From: Patellaria atrata CBS 101060
Taxonomy: Eukaryota
Reading direction: 5' to 3'
DNA: 64,000 nt
Assembly (NCBI GenBank): GCA_010093705.1
Contig: MU006089.1
Coordinates: 3,628-67,627, forward strand
Below, in pieces: positions 49,777 through 63,092 of the stretch. Within the stretch, counting starts at the first letter, position 1. Every line of letters starts with the position of its first letter. The position numbers and the translations under genes were made by a program. The notes beneath the pieces were generated by a model, which was not told the DNA's origin, searched no databases, and was given only the letters and a program-made list of their open reading frames with translations.

Positions 49777-51719
49777 GCAACAAAAATATTCAACTAATGA
49801 TTTATTTGAAAACGTACTGAGGAAGAACCTTTGCAAGGGCTCAGAAAGGCTCTAGCGCACTTCACTAGAAGTATCTACTCACCGTACTCCACTTACGAGT
49901 TCCCTTTCTGTAAATAGGACATTTACTTCAAAAGTCCTACAAATGACAAAGGGTGTCTATAACCACTTGTCAATATTGAAGATTCATACCCCTCGCTATA
50001 GACAGTGTGCCACTTGAAAAGAGTGCTCTCTATCACTGATCACCTCCGGACCCTTTATTGTACCTTCTCAGTTTTTGCATCTTTTCAGATATGTTTTTTT
50101 TTTGTTTGAAAGTAGCGTACTATACATTGTAATGGTCGGCATTGTGGAGGGTTTCTCTCATATCAGATACCACTTTTTCAAGGGAGTTTTTCTCGGGCGG
50201 ACTCATTGATGAAATGGGCATTATTGTGTACCAATGTAAAGGGCGTTATTAGGTGTGGCAACAACCCAACCATCGAGTAGAAGGCCAGATACATGCAAAT
50301 ATCACAAGAGTTAGATAGCCATTTGAGCAAGTGGTCGGCTTATCCATACGATAATAGGTCGTATCATTCGTTAATACAAATACCTACCACCAGTCCAGAG
50401 CTTCCCTTGATTCTTTGAGTGATAGAATCTGCTTTTCAAGGGATGGAGTTTGTCAAGCAGGAAATCTCGTGCGAAATCCATGCTCATACTGCAGTAGTCA
50501 ACAACCGCACAGAGTTTTGCACGGTGTACCACGCGGAAAGACGGTTCTGAAACGTACTGGAGGGGGGAACTTCCGTCTCACCGACATGAAATCGCCCCCT
50601 CTGGTATCGTGCAGTAACAACCAATGGAAATCCTCTTTAGCTTCAGAACCATACATTCGTCCATCTGACCCTCCATCACCCACGGTAGCTGGTGCAAGTC
50701 GAAGACAAGAAGGTGACACGACTGAATCCTCAAACGACCGTGGCACCGTGGAGTCTTCGATGACCTGGACAACATGACGAAGGGAATCAGACGGAAACGA
50801 TGACGGATACGGTGGACGGGTCAAAAGCAAGAGATGGAGATCTGCGATTCTGCAGTGTGCCCTAAGTCTAACGGCCAAGTCGTTGAAATGTTTCGGCGCT
50901 TGGGGAGGGGGAAGCGGTGCATAAAACGGCGCGATCGACAAGAATTGGTTCTACTTGGGGAGTGGCCCGAGGCGTTACGGGCTCCTTTTCGGTCAGGACG
51001 ACTTCGGCCTCGTCTTGCCTTACCGCGGTCATCGAGATTTTGAAGATAGAAGGAGAGATGATGCGAGTGGTAACTTGATTATTGGTTGGAGTGAACTCGA
51101 AATTGAAGCCAAGGAGACATTCCGGATTTGGGTTTGACTGGCAGATGTCACTGCCGAACAAGTATGCAACTATGCACGGTGTACGTTGACTACTGGCATT
51201 TTATGCTGTGAGTGGAAAATAACTGGATATAATTGAAAATGTGGGAGATTACCTATGGAGTATACGTTTACGGAGTAGACATTAGGAGACTGGACGTCTA
51301 CAAAAAAGGGTACGAGGATGAGGACTTGCACTTTTCTCGTTTAGCGTTGACGACCGATCTTGTCACGGGGTTGCTTGGAAACCTAACCTGGACGACAACC
51401 TTTGCAACTCCAACCTGTTTTTCTACCCTTACACCAATTCAAGCTATCATCCCATCACAATATAGTAATGTCGTCTATGATATTTTCTTGATTCATTTGA
51501 TAATCGAACATAGATCAGGGCCTTTGGTCTTTCATAGTTTGAGTAACTTTAAGCGGATGACTGACGCTTGATGACCTTTCACCACCGAATACTTTTGTTT
51601 ATCCGGTAATCTTCGTTTCAACAATGTTTCAATCAGCGTACGAACTGTACAACTCGTCAAAACGATAATCGCCCAACCCCTAGAGATATACGTCCGGCAT
51701 TAGCGTTACAACTCAGTCC

Positions 51720-53959
51720 ATGTCGTTAGGCTACGATCCGGACGAGGGTACAATTCCAGTTTCCCCATGGACTGCAGCGTTCTTGGTATNNNNNNNNNNN
51801 NNNNNNNNNNNNNNNNNNNNNNNNNNNNNNNNNNNNNNNNNNNNNNNNNNNNNNNNNNNNNNNNNNNNNNNNNNNNNNNNNNNNNNNNNAAAAAAAAAAG
51901 AAAAAAACTGTTTACACAAATTATCACACCCTTATAATTATTCTTCAACGGTGCACAAAGTACCTCTTCTTTTGAAGGTGCCACGATTGACATGCTCCAG
52001 CTACTTCACCCAGCACGTGTACTAATCATTTATCGTCTATTGTAGGCTGAACGTGATGTATCCATTCGAGTTCCGATCAACTCCGTGATTCAACCTGGGG
52101 TCTCGATAACCAGGGCATGTTTCGCTCACAACCAATTTGAAGAGCGTAGAGCTGCGAAATGTCTTTCTAATCTGCTGGCCATAGGTTACAGGAGGTTCGT
52201 TCTCGATATTTTCTGGGATCCTGGTCGTCAAATATGGGCTCTATGTCCTGCACAGATTCCGGATTCTGCATCAAATGAGGATGATGACAACTCCATAGTA
52301 CTTATTCCTCCATCAACAGAAGCAACTCTACAGAGTGCTACTTTTGCAGCCCACATCGAGCGTGATCTATTCAATGCGCTTCCAACTCCTCCAGTCATGT
52401 CTGGAAATTGGTTGGATGCGATATTTGCTCGACAAGAATCATCCACTCCGTTCACCTCAAAAAATACTATATCCACAACGGAGGAGCGCACAAGTATTTC
52501 TTCATCCAGTATTACAGAAAGGACTACTAGTACTCCAATAACTGTAATAAGTGCCTCTCCAATTCCTTTTCCACCCTCGACTGGCCAACAAATCATCGAG
52601 GTAGGACCTTATCGATGTACATCTACAATCGACTTACATTTCTTGGTGTCCATATTTTCTGATTACCTGCAGAAGACTGCTACTACAATACAAGCAGAAC
52701 TCAACTTTCTTACTATCAATGTCCACGCTGCTATTTCCTTTTCCAATGCGAGCGAGACTGATGCATCATCTGGATCCAGCCTCCCAACACCGGATCAGCT
52801 TCTGAGCGCACATCTTAGATCTAATCTCTCTTCCTTCTTGTATACACCTAACATGCTTCGAGAGGATAGGGCTAATCTCAACGCGTCTTGGTTTGACGTC
52901 GTGACTGATCGTAGACCCGATTCTTCATACTTTTCTACTTCACTAGCAGAGAACGACATTTTTACTACCTTAGATGGATGGCCAAGTGAGAGTTTCATAG
53001 AATTCGATGAGTACGCTAGGCTAATAGCCGGCTTTGGAACGATTGATCCACAGATGAGCGATTACAATCTCTCTGGAGACGCTGATACTATATTTCCCTC
53101 GGAGTACACCATGAGCGTACATAATGTGTCTCTTTCTAAAGAGGGCAATGTTGAACGTGGCTGTATCTTCGATGAATTCGAAAAGTCTGTCTCATCTGTA
53201 AACTCTTCTTGGGCTGTCTCTTCGAGGTTTGCCTCCTCTGACTCGGATTTCTTTCACGCCTCTATTTCAAATCTCACCTCATGTGGCATATCTCCACTTC
53301 TGAACACAACTATCGCAAACCATACGGCCGATGAAGATTTCCTACCATATCAATCTTTCGCATACGCAACGATATGGTCATGGCTTCCAGGCGAACCACG
53401 TAATATGTCTACCGAATCGAACGAATCCAACCCTGATGACAACTCCCTCTTCCGCTGCGCTACTGCTCATGCATCACTCAACGGCCGTTGGCGAGTCTCG
53501 GACTGTACCAAGAAACACCATGCCGCATGCCGCGTCGGCAATGAACCGTATATTTGGACTATCGCCAAAGGTCGTAGCTCCTATAGCTCATCAGCAGAGA
53601 CTTGTCCAGGCAACAGCACCTTCGCCGTCCCGCGTACTCCTCTTGAAAATAGATACCTTTTAAAAGCGATCAAGGAACACGCCGATGGCGAAGAGGATGA
53701 TAGCATCGTTTGGATCAATATGAATTCGCTCGATGTCCAGGATTGCTGGGTCTCGGGTGTCAATACTACGTGTCCCTATGTCTTGAACGAGCAGGATGAG
53801 AGATCGAGGACCGTTATCGTGCCAACTGTGGCTGCTGTAGTGGTATTTGTCATAGCGGCATTGACGGTTTTTGTGAAGTGTGCGGCGAATAGGCAGAATT
53901 CGAAGAGAAGGAGGAAGAGGGTTAGGGAGGGATGGGAGTATGAAGGTGTGCCTTCGTGA
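51720..53959 (+). CDS. MTC6: Mtc6-like single-pass membrane protein with a C-terminal lectin-like Cys-rich domain, 2 exons
   Basis: MSLGYDPD...WTAAFL|AERDVSIRVPIN; GYRRFVLDIFWD; CGISPLLN; WSWLPGEP; CP....FAVPRTPLEN; C-terminal TM segment and basic tail. The intron (51786-52045) spans the N gap at 51790-51889. Confidence 0.8.
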
Positions 53960-54934
53960 GAATATGATTTGATACAGACATACTTTGAAGTGGCTTTCAT
54001 GGGACAGCATGGTTCAACGATTGCTTCAGATGCTGACCCATCACGGCTGTAGATACGATCCACTTTGGTCAGCTCTGTGTTCAGAATTTTTTCTGTAAGA
54101 TTAGACGTACATATCACGTGCTGTAAATACTATTGTAAAGATCCGAGTACAAGTGTCCATTTGACCTCGTCGATCCGCTACAATTATTTCCAGTTTTCAA
54201 CACAGTATTTGTGATACGATTGTGGAACGACCAGATGGATCAAGTGGTAGGTATGTATTTTATACGTTCCTCCCTGACCAAGTCTACGTAACAACCTCTG
54301 ATGTTCACCGTACAGACCCGCCGAACTCCGTGAAGTCAAAGTTATCAATACGCTCTCGTATGTACAGTACCAACAAACGGAGAGGAGCCGAGGACCACGC
54401 ATATTGAAAAGGATGAGGCTGTGGTTAATATCAGACTCCACCTTGGTCTACTGTACCGTACGATACTTCCACAAACGCCCAAAGGAATCATCGACAGCCA
54501 TGCAAACCGTACGAATACAATCACTCATATGCTTCGACGACACGTTCAGGTGCATCCCCGGATTCGCCTTTCTCAACCACCCCCCCCTCCCCCCCAACCC
54601 TCGAGAATCGGGCTTTCGTCGTTTCTATGGATCTTTGCTGTGCCAGATTTGCTCGGTATCCTAAACGGTCAATTTCCAGACCTCTTTTTAGTTGACAATG
54701 GAACAGGCCTTCAACCTTCTTCCAGGCCCACTACTCCTACCTTTGCTACTCCTTCTAGATCTACTTGAATTGTCATCCATAGGTTAATTGACGATTAAGA
54801 ACTTCATTCTTTCTTGCAACTGAATTTAGAGACGCTTCGACGGAGTATCCTACATCGGGCGATGAATGCCCAGACCAGGGTGGACATATCAGAATCATCA
54901 GACATCAACAGCGTTGACAACATAATTCCACGAC

Positions 54935-56567
54935 CTAATCCAACACCTCAAGCATCTCCTTGATGGTCTTAAACTTCTCCCTAACCTTCCCTCGCTCCCT
55001 ACCCCTCTCATTCTCCACCCTATCAATCTTCATCCAATCATCCCAGCTAACGGGTCTCAGACCACGTCCTTCAACCTCCTTTCTCAATCCTTCCCAACCT
55101 AACCCCGTACTGCCCCCAATTCCAGAATTAAGGAACGGCACACCTTCCTTCCAATCCCTGAGGATGACCTCAGCGGAGGCGAAAGCATCCTCCATAGTCG
55201 TGTTGATGACACCAGTAGGACCGCGCTTCACCCAGCCGGCACAGTACATACCTGGAACGTGGCCGGCGCTTAAGTCACCGGTTCCCTCCAAGGGAGATAT
55301 CACGCGTCCATAGAGGTCGTTGGGGATGATGCCCTTCTTTGTGTCGAAGGGAACATTGACGGAGTCGAGGCCGGGAAGGGGTTCGGCTTTGTAACCGATG
55401 GATAGGAAGGCGAGAGATGCTTCGAGTGAGTGTAATTCACCGGTACCGTGGATTCGCGCGGCTATATCTAAGGGATCTGCGTTGGGCTCTAGAGCTGTGC
55501 GCTCGAAATTGACTTTGCATAGGTTGGCCAAGTCACCGGACGATGACTTGAAGGAGTTGGGTCTTAAAAAGAACTTCAGAGCCCATGATCTAGTAGCAGC
55601 ATTCATGGGAGTCGGACCACGTTTCTGTAGTAAGTCCAGAATGCGTGTCCGTCGCCTTTTCTCCATCCCTTTGAGATTCGTTACTTCAAGTGGTATAAGT
55701 GACGAGTCAACGGGTTCAAAATACACGGAAGGAAGATTGATAAGTTCTCGTACTTCTTTGATTGTAAAAGACGCTTGCAAGGGACCTCTTCTACCAATGA
55801 TTTTAACTGATGTGATCTTGTTGCGGGCGAGAGTCTCTAGTGCTTGCTCCGAAATATCCGTATCCTTGAGTCTATCCACAGAGCTGAGAAGTATACGTGC
55901 CACGTCCATTGCGACATTTCCTTGCCCTATTACTATAGCTTCTTCTCCAGCCTCTAAATTGGGGTTCAGACCTGCAAATTCCGGTAGACCATTGTACCAC
56001 CCTACAAATGCACGAGCTGAATACACGCCTCGAAGATCTTCCCCTGGGATGTTTAACTTATTATCTTTCGTACATCCATATGCAAATAAGATGGCATCGT
56101 AATGTGGTATCAACGAAGTAAGAGGGATGTCCCGGCCCATGTCGACATTTCCAATGAATTGAAAGCGCGATGATTGAGCCAATTCCGAAAATTCTACCTC
56201 AGGGTGCTACCAAGAGGTCAGTAAAAGACTCAAACGCGTATTGAGACTGAGACCTTCTTACTTTGACTTCTGGGTGATCTGGAGCAACTCCGAACCGAAG
56301 GAGGCCAAAAGGTGCCGGTAAATGCTCGTACATGTCTATCTTCGCATCCTCGGTCAATTTCATCAACTGCTTTGTCGCGAAGAAACCAGCTGGCCCTGAT
56401 CCAATGACTGCGACTCGAAGAGAGCGTCCATCAGAACTTGCGACATTACCGTAAAGCCTCTTCACCAATTGATTGGGATGGTTGCGCACAGATTTGCGGC
56501 GAGATGCGATTGATAAAGCGCGGGCACAAGAACCACAGATGTATGGGGTTCGTTGGGTGTATGGCAT
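54935..56567 (-). CDS. ARH1: NADPH:adrenodoxin oxidoreductase, mitochondrial, 2 exons (intron 56207-56261)
   Basis: VIGSGPAGF, PFGLLRFGVAPDHPEVK, FVGWYNG, IGQGNVAMDVARIL, GRRGP and GWVKRGPTGVI. Confidence 0.93.
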
Positions 56568-56922
56568 TATATCAGATGGTAATGTGTGACTTGCTCAATT
56601 GATCATATTAGGTACGTAGAGGGAGGAGCGTATGAAGGCCGTGATGATCAAAGTATTAACTAACTTTGAGGTGAAGAATTATTATTCCCGTCTATATGTG
56701 GCGAAGACGTCAGTTGAAGGTTATCGGATCGCTTATCGATAAAGGTTGTTGCTATGACGACGGAGTAAGCTAGCAGTGTTTGGAGGCGCTTCCACACCTC
56801 CCATCCATGCATCCGATCGCCAATATCTCCTCGGCTACTAAGACACCAGCATTCCATCCCACATCTTCTCATTCTCTACACGTGCGATTGCCCTTTCATT
56901 CTTCACAGTACTGTACCGTACA

Positions 56923-58873
56923 ATGGGCGGCCCGGAGCAGCCCTTCTTGTACGATTCGCCCGCTCGTCATTCCGCCGTATATCCTTCTAATGGTTTCGAC
57001 CCAAAACCTGTCACTAGAGCCAGTATGGCTCCTCCACCACCACCGAAGCCAAAGCGGGAAGGTCCACTCATTGAGATTAATAAACATCCGGATAGCTATC
57101 TCATGACACCGTACGGAAACCTCGATGCGAAATCTATGAGCCCGGGTATCAAAGGTCGCATCAAGTGGGTTAGATGGATACAATTGTTCTTCCGAGTATT
57201 GCAGCTGGTTGGCGCAATTGGAATGTTGATATGCGTCATATGCATAAAGGGTGTTAAAGCGAGTGAAGGGTGGATCATTAGGATTCCCGTACGAACGCCT
57301 ATCCATTCTATGCGTAATCTATTCACTGACTTGAATTTTTTAGCCTGGTGTCGACATTCTAAATTCGATCTACGCCATTTATCATCTTTCCAGACCGGCT
57401 AAGGGCAGAACGCCTGGTAGTTCCGCCAGCTATCATTTCTTTGCTATGGTTATGGATGCAGGATTTATACCATTCTACGTCTTCACTTCGATCTTGGCGC
57501 AACGGAACTACATTGAGGAACCTGGAACGGAAGGGCACTGGAAGACCATTTTCGCCAACGAGGATACCACTACAAAGTTGCTCTTGTCGTCATGGTTAGT
57601 AGCAACTTCTACTGGAAGCCTGCATCTCATATCTTTCTTCTTTGATATATACTTGTTGGTGGTATTCAGAAAGATATCACGCTTACCCCCAGACATGAAC
57701 CCCTTGGAGGACAACCTAACATCCAGACGGGGCACAAAGCACAAATACAAGAACTCAGAACTATCTCTATCTGAGAAGAAGAGACTCAGCGAGCTCACTG
57801 CTAGCACAGTCTCGTTAAGAACGTCGCAAGCACAAGATCCTCTTATCCCGGATAGTCGTACGATTCCATTCATCCATTCACGGAAGGAATTCGATACGAC
57901 TTTCTCACCACACAACCCACGAACAGCTGCTAGCGCTCGAAATTCCAGAGTCGACCTCCCAGAGCAACTATATCAGCAACCTCAGTCAACCCGAACATCG
58001 CGCGTAGACGCTCACGGGCATTCTCAGCAGGGTGTTCCCTCCCAGCGCAACTCGTTCATTGCCCCATTCTCAACCACAACGCCACCTTCAAAGCGCAGTT
58101 CCTTCACTAGTGAATATGCACCCTTACCTCAGAAAGAAGACCGCAGCAGAAGAAATACCCTCGTGCAGAGCTCTCCACAACGAAACCCACAAGTCAGGCA
58201 CTCGGAATATGATCTCATGTCCCAAGCCGCATCCGTACAATCAGGGAACTGGATCGTCTACGATGAGGAAGAATACAACCCTTACAATCCAAACAATCAC
58301 CTCAACCGGTCCCCTTCCCCTCCCCCCAAGTCCAGCTTCAACACTATGAACCGCAGTAAGAAGACCCGTGACTACCGCCTCCTCCCCCAATACACCGATG
58401 CGGACGAAGACTTCAAACCCCAACCGCTCCGCATGAACCCGCCAACACCCCCGGTCTCGCCGTTTAAGAACCAAAACGGGGCTCAGAGACCGGATGCACG
58501 CCGTACACTGACCACGACATCAACGATATCGACGTCCAGCAGCTCGCCGACGCGCGCGGGTACGCCTAAGACCAGATACTATGGCGATTTGAAGGCTGCG
58601 ACGCAGGGAATTCGCCAAAACCAGAACTATGGCTCCAAACCCCCCTCAGTTGTGTCCCCGGATAAGGGGGCATGGCGCGGTAAGGAAAATATAGACGCCC
58701 CGGAAATGCAGAGGGGAACGAGGGTCGTCAGTACGGGCGTTGATGTCGTGGACTATGCGGCTGAAAGGGGCTTCGGTAGGAGCGGAAGGAGAGAGGTCAG
58801 CGGGAAGGTTGCTGAGGAGGGGCGAGCGGGGATGGGCGGGCTGGTGCAGAGGAAGGTCAGTGGCGTTGTGTAA
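56923..58873 (+). CDS. Fungal integral membrane protein (about 4 TM, MARVEL-like arrangement) with a long disordered C-terminus, 2 exons
   Basis: Intron about 57289-57343 joins WIIRIP|PGVDILNSIYAIYHL. Hydrophobic segments, then FRKISRLPPDMNPLEDNLT and REVSGKVAEEGR. Confidence 0.8.
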
Positions 58874-59022
58874 GGAATGACGATATGTGGTTAGGAAAGT
58901 GAGGATGGAAAAGGGATTTTATGGGCGACGTTGTTTACGGATGATTGTACGTTTCGGTTGTTGGATATATCACGCGAAAATATGGTAGAGGTGGGTGTAT
59001 ACATTATGGGTTTGGTGTATGG

Positions 59023-59969
59023 TTATGTGAATATCTTTCTGAATTTGCCGGTTTCTGCGTCCGTGATAGACACCGTACTCGCTGACAGACTTGGATTGTA
59101 GCCCGAGGCCCTTAGAGCATCGTTGGCTTGTTCTAGTTGTTGTTCCAATTGGTTGATTTGACGTTTATGTTCGTTGTTCGCAGACATTAGAGCGTCCTGG
59201 ACGAGTTGCAGTTGTTCTTGAGACCGGAAAGCCTTCTCGAATGTGTTTGTTCGCATCCTGGACGCTCTTCTTTCTCGTAGTCCGACTGATGCCTTGGACG
59301 TTTAGCCTTCCTGAATTACCCCGGTTCTTTTGTAGGCGCATCCTTCATGCGACTTATGGTACGCTTCAAATGCTGTACTTCTATTTCCGCGTCACACATT
59401 TGCTCTCGTAAGTCTTTATTCTCTTGTTCGCACAATTTAATCTATTCTCTGAAATTTCTCTTTTCCCGTTCATATTCTGTAACCACCTCCCTCAGCTCCT
59501 GTATCTCCATACGAGCCTCCCTTAGTTGTTCAAGGGTGTCTTCCCTACTCACCCTCTCGCGCCTTTCTTTTCAATCTAGAATACGGAAACGTTCTATGGT
59601 AGATTCGCGAGTATTAATCATGAATGTGATGGCATCAGTTTGGAGGTGAGAAGCATCTTGAGGGTCTTCGATGGTATAGGATGGAGCAGTTTCAGCGTTG
59701 TACAGTTGAGCTGGGGGTGCGTTGTAGAATTGAGAGGTAGGGGTATTGTTCGGTCGAGTTATAGGGGGGTTGTATCGTGAAGTGTTGGATGCGTTCTAGG
59801 GTTGATGGATGAGATGTGAAGGATACCCACAAGTGGGTTCTGCTTGAGCTTATAATGTAGATCTAGAAGAAGTAGTAAAGATAAGAGTAGTAGACTTAGA
59901 AGAAGGTTGAGGGTACCCCATAGGGGGTCCCGAGTGTCTCTGACGGTCTGTAGGATTTGGTGTTGGCAT
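59023..59969 (-). pseudogene. Pseudogene of a Pro/Ser-rich plus coiled-coil protein
   Basis: One frame from ATG 59969 reads protein-like (EQLREARMEIQELREVVTEYEREKR) but carries five in-frame stops (59852, 59798, 59573, 59444, 59318). It then shifts frame into ORF 59023-59256. Confidence 0.65.
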
Positions 59970-60129
59970 ATTCCTACCATCCATACTGATCGTATATAGT
60001 CTTAAAACAAGAAGTGAGGATGATCAGTTGATGGTATGGATCGATGAGACTTTGAAGGAAAAATGTGACATGAGGAGTCTCTTACCTCACCTTTGGTTCC
60101 ACAAACCATTGCCACCTAAGGTACTACTC

Positions 60130-60960
60130 CTCAACAAAAATTCATCAAAACATTCGATTTCTCATTACCAGGCCGGGTACAGGATCCAATCGGCCTCGAC
60201 CTTGTGCCGCTCATTCAAATTGCCTTGAGGGTCTCTGGCCTTTGGGAATTTCGAGCTACAGACCACCGATGAACAAACGTAACGTTCTCGACGCTGTCAC
60301 AGAATTCTCTGTACACCTTTTCTGCGTCTCCAGTTTGGTGGCCGTAATACTTCTTTTGGTCCGGCCAAATTTCTCCCTGGAACAACATTTTGCTAGTCAG
60401 ATGCTCTTTAGCGGCCTCGGATCCATGCTTCACCTTCGGAAAGGTGTCTACTCGTGCAAGCTGCCCTCAGCGCTTATAATAACATTAGTAACAAAGAGAA
60501 ATAATATATCACTAGAACTTACCATCTAGAACTTCTTCTTCTCCCTGCACTCTTCTTTAAAGTTAGCTGCGGATCTGACATGCCAGACAGCCTGACCCCA
60601 GTTGACGAAGCGCCCATCACTTGAGCGTAGGATAAAATTTTCATCTTGATCCATGCTGGCTCTGATTTGGTCAACCCACTCTCCACTACGCAAGTGGATC
60701 TTCCTCATATCCACACAGGATATGGACGCTTTATGAAGAACTTGCAAGAAGTCTATCCGCCGCTCACCCTCTGTCCTTCTCCTCTTCTCTTTCTTCGGCC
60801 CCGGTCCCTGTTTATCCTTTGAACTCGACTGTTTTGCCGCAATCTTGCGATTTTGAAGCCTCGCGGTTTGTGAAACCTTGACCGCGGGCTGGTTTTTCGC
60901 TGGTAACTTGGGATTCGGTGTTGGAAGAACCAAGTGATTCCCCGTTCAAGGATTCTCGAA
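60130..60960 (-). pseudogene. Pseudogene of an unknown two-exon gene
   Basis: ORFs 60526-60933 and 60215-60433 join in frame across an intron at 60473-60522 (GTAAGT..ACTAAT..AAG), with stops on each side (KKF*M|R*GQLAR). Confidence 0.5.
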
Positions 60961-61672
60961 TTTGTAATTCTTGGGAGAAGTCGTACCAGAAAGTCAAAGA
61001 TCTTCAAATAAGTCTCGACCGTGCTTGGATGGTGATCTGTTGGAGACACTAGAATATAGAAAAGAGACCTAACCCTCATTACGGGCTTAACTGCCCAAAT
61101 ACCTTGGTTGGGACCGCTGGTATTTGACCTTGACTGTCTGTCGACAACAGTTCTGTAGCTAGTGTACGAAGATTGGGAATGCTGGTTGTGAAGAAGTAGG
61201 AAATGTATCAGAAACAGAGAATATACAAGAGTTTCCCGGTAGGTAGGATCCAAGACGTACTGACAATAGAGGGATGCTGATAATATTGAGTCTCAGTAAC
61301 TGCTTCAAAAGCGGACAGAAGAGAGGGGAGCAGGTTATGGTTCAAGGTCGATATGCCCTACAGTCCCATGTTAGCAACTTGCGTTAATTTTCGCAGTGAC
61401 GTCCGCTTGTTTACCTGTAGGTTGAGCAAGTAATACGTCGCGTGATTTCGCCACTACAAACAACAACACACAACCCCGCGAACATTTATACCTCCGCTGC
61501 TGCTTCTTCCTTCTTACACCTCACCCTATTTTGCGTAACAACAGGCTCTCGGTAAGTTTCCACCCTTCATCCGATAGACACAATCTAATCTCCTCTAGCA
61601 CAGAAGCACCTACTGTACGTATTGTACATTCAAGACGTTTTCTGAATCTCATCTCAGTGATTACAGCTCGCG

Positions 61673-63092
61673 ATGCCTTCTCTTGAGTCTTTGGACCTGA
61701 AACGACACTGCAGTGGTGGGTCGCGGACTACACGTCGTGACGCGCTGCCTACTCTGACGTCGAATCATCCATCTGTCCTTGCGATTCGCAGTCGACCATC
61801 AGAAAGTAAGTACTCACCTGTGGCTAGGCACCAATTTCAAAGTTTGGTTGTCGATCACAAAAGAGCAATAAACAAAGATCCTGGACCGCTAAATTGACTG
61901 AGCGTGAAAAGACCCGTCACACTTTCAAACTCCACTCCACCTTTTTCTTTTGACTCTTTTCTTTAAACCTGAACCTCAATGTTCATTGAAGATATTCACT
62001 AATATTTGAAAGACGCAAGTACCACACCAACAAATCAAGCAACAATCGTTGCAGAAGAAATCCTTCCCGAACCACAGCCACCAACGAGTGGCCGTCGCAA
62101 GAAGAAAATGCCGCGGAAGAGTAACGCACCTCCACAAACCTTGATGACCCTTGGAGCCAGCAATTTCCGCTTCAATACATCCGCTGGACTTCAGAAGATG
62201 GAAGTCTGTTTCACTACCACCGACGAAGGCGAAATTTCGCTTTCTGTCACACCAATATCGGAGGGGATGACCCTCAAAGCAAAGGTACGTCGCCCTTACT
62301 GAAGTCAGCGTACAGTATTAATTGCAATAGATGTTTCTCAACGTCGGCGCTAATGGAAAATTCATGGTCCAAGTCAAACCGGACCGATCGAAAATTTTCC
62401 CATTCATGAACCTGCCCGCCGAACTCCGCGACAAGATTTACGGCCTTGTCATCGGTGAGAACCAACGAAAGGACATCGACCAATGGTACCGCGAAGAAGT
62501 TCCCCTCTTCGTTTTCTTACTCTGGCCAAAAGCCATCAGACAGAAGGGAGTGGGGCAGGCGGCGTTGAACTTATTCCAAGTCAACCAGAAAATCCGCAAG
62601 GAAGCTTTTGCCGTCACCATACGTGTAGCCAAGTTCCAGTGCATGGATGTCGGAAATCTCGCGAATTTTCTGAGGGGTATTGAGCTGGACGGACGCCGCT
62701 CACTCACCTGGCTGTCGGTAAACTGGAAGGATTCACGGGAAGCCTGGCCAGCTCTTCCCCGTGAAATCACTGCTTCCGGATCGTGGCTGGAAGAGGCTAC
62801 AAACTTACTTCAACAATGCAACAGTTTGAAGTATATGGAATTGTATGTTCACAGTCAGCTATGCCAATTCGCTTTCAGGAACGACCCAAAATTTCGTGAG
62901 GACAAGAACCTTCTGTACCTGCGAAATCGTGTCGGTGCATTGATGGGAATGGAGGTGTTGGATTTCAACACTTTTCGGCCTAACATCCCTATCAGAGATT
63001 GGATGAGTGAAAAGATGGTGCTTGCACCGCAGCCGAAGCCAAAGGAGAAGAAAGTTCAGAAGGGGAAGAAGCGCAAGTTCGATGAGGATTAG
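61673..63092 (+). CDS. Hypothetical protein with an F-box-like motif, 3 coding exons
   Basis: FPFMNLPAELRDKIYGLVI motif; introns about 61806-62011 and 62285-62330 keep the frame; basic NLS-like C-terminus. Confidence 0.7.

Noticed and set aside
50498..51161. Overlapping minus-strand ORFs
   Set aside because: No recognisable domain or coherent exon structure.
55398..56102. 234-aa plus-strand ORF and similar ORFs overlapping called genes
   Set aside because: Antisense or alternate-frame shadows of real CDSs.
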